Positions 20,538 to 20,563 of a stretch of DNA of 20,563 nucleotides are shown here, in pieces; the stretch's first letter is position 1; each line of letters opens with the position of its first letter. A program made the position numbers and the translations under genes. The notes under the pieces are model-generated. The model saw nothing but the letters and a program-made list of their open reading frames with translations, searched no databases and was not told the origin of the DNA. The DNA lies in IMG/VR virus record IMGVR_UViG_2974665086_000001, positions 118,700 to 139,262 of that record, one strand, 5' to 3'. The stretch is from a virus (taxonomy: Duplodnaviria; Heunggongvirae; Uroviricota; Caudoviricetes).

Positions 20538-20563
20538 GTGACGGAGGTCACCTTCCCCTACAT

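Noticed and set aside
1-20563. tRNA, rRNA, integrase or transposase genes
   Set aside because: No cloverleaf, T-loop context or catalytic motifs were seen by eye; tRNAscan was not run.

Overview
This window looks like the gene-dense accessory (early) arm of a large, fairly AT-rich bacteriophage. The host is most likely an actinobacterium, inferred from the IdeR/DtxR-type boxes and Lsr2-like domains; no database search was possible. It holds about 60 short CDSs, all on the + strand. I saw no structural, lysis, tRNA, rRNA, integrase or cas genes. Recognisable products are a macrodomain protein (8370-8810), a cyclic-phosphate-processing receiver-like protein (7866-8219), a GGQ-less class I release-factor-like protein (10391-10714), two Lsr2-DNA-binding-domain-like proteins (223-621, 19422-20279) and a putative lipoprotein (5972-6439). 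There are also several paralog pairs and micro-ORFs missed by the 60-aa track. Regulatory structure is rich: 12 sigma70/SigA-type promoters with 17-bp spacers (several inside inverted repeats), many hairpins, and a start-associated motif GGATAAGTT-ATG that often carries the upstream stop codon. The most striking observation is two non-coding arrays of 19-bp palindromes matching the actinobacterial iron box (TWAGGTWAGSCTWACCTWA). One has an exact 20-bp period (17999-18117). The other has a 37-bp period and alternates with a second palindrome, TTGAA-N6-TTCAA (20445-20537). Together they bracket a higher-GC three-gene block containing an Lsr2-like protein, next to a Fur-box-like palindrome and a phased A-tract. 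This suggests an iron-regulator-recruiting, counter-silencing or genome-end module. All functional roles are inferences from visual motif matching.
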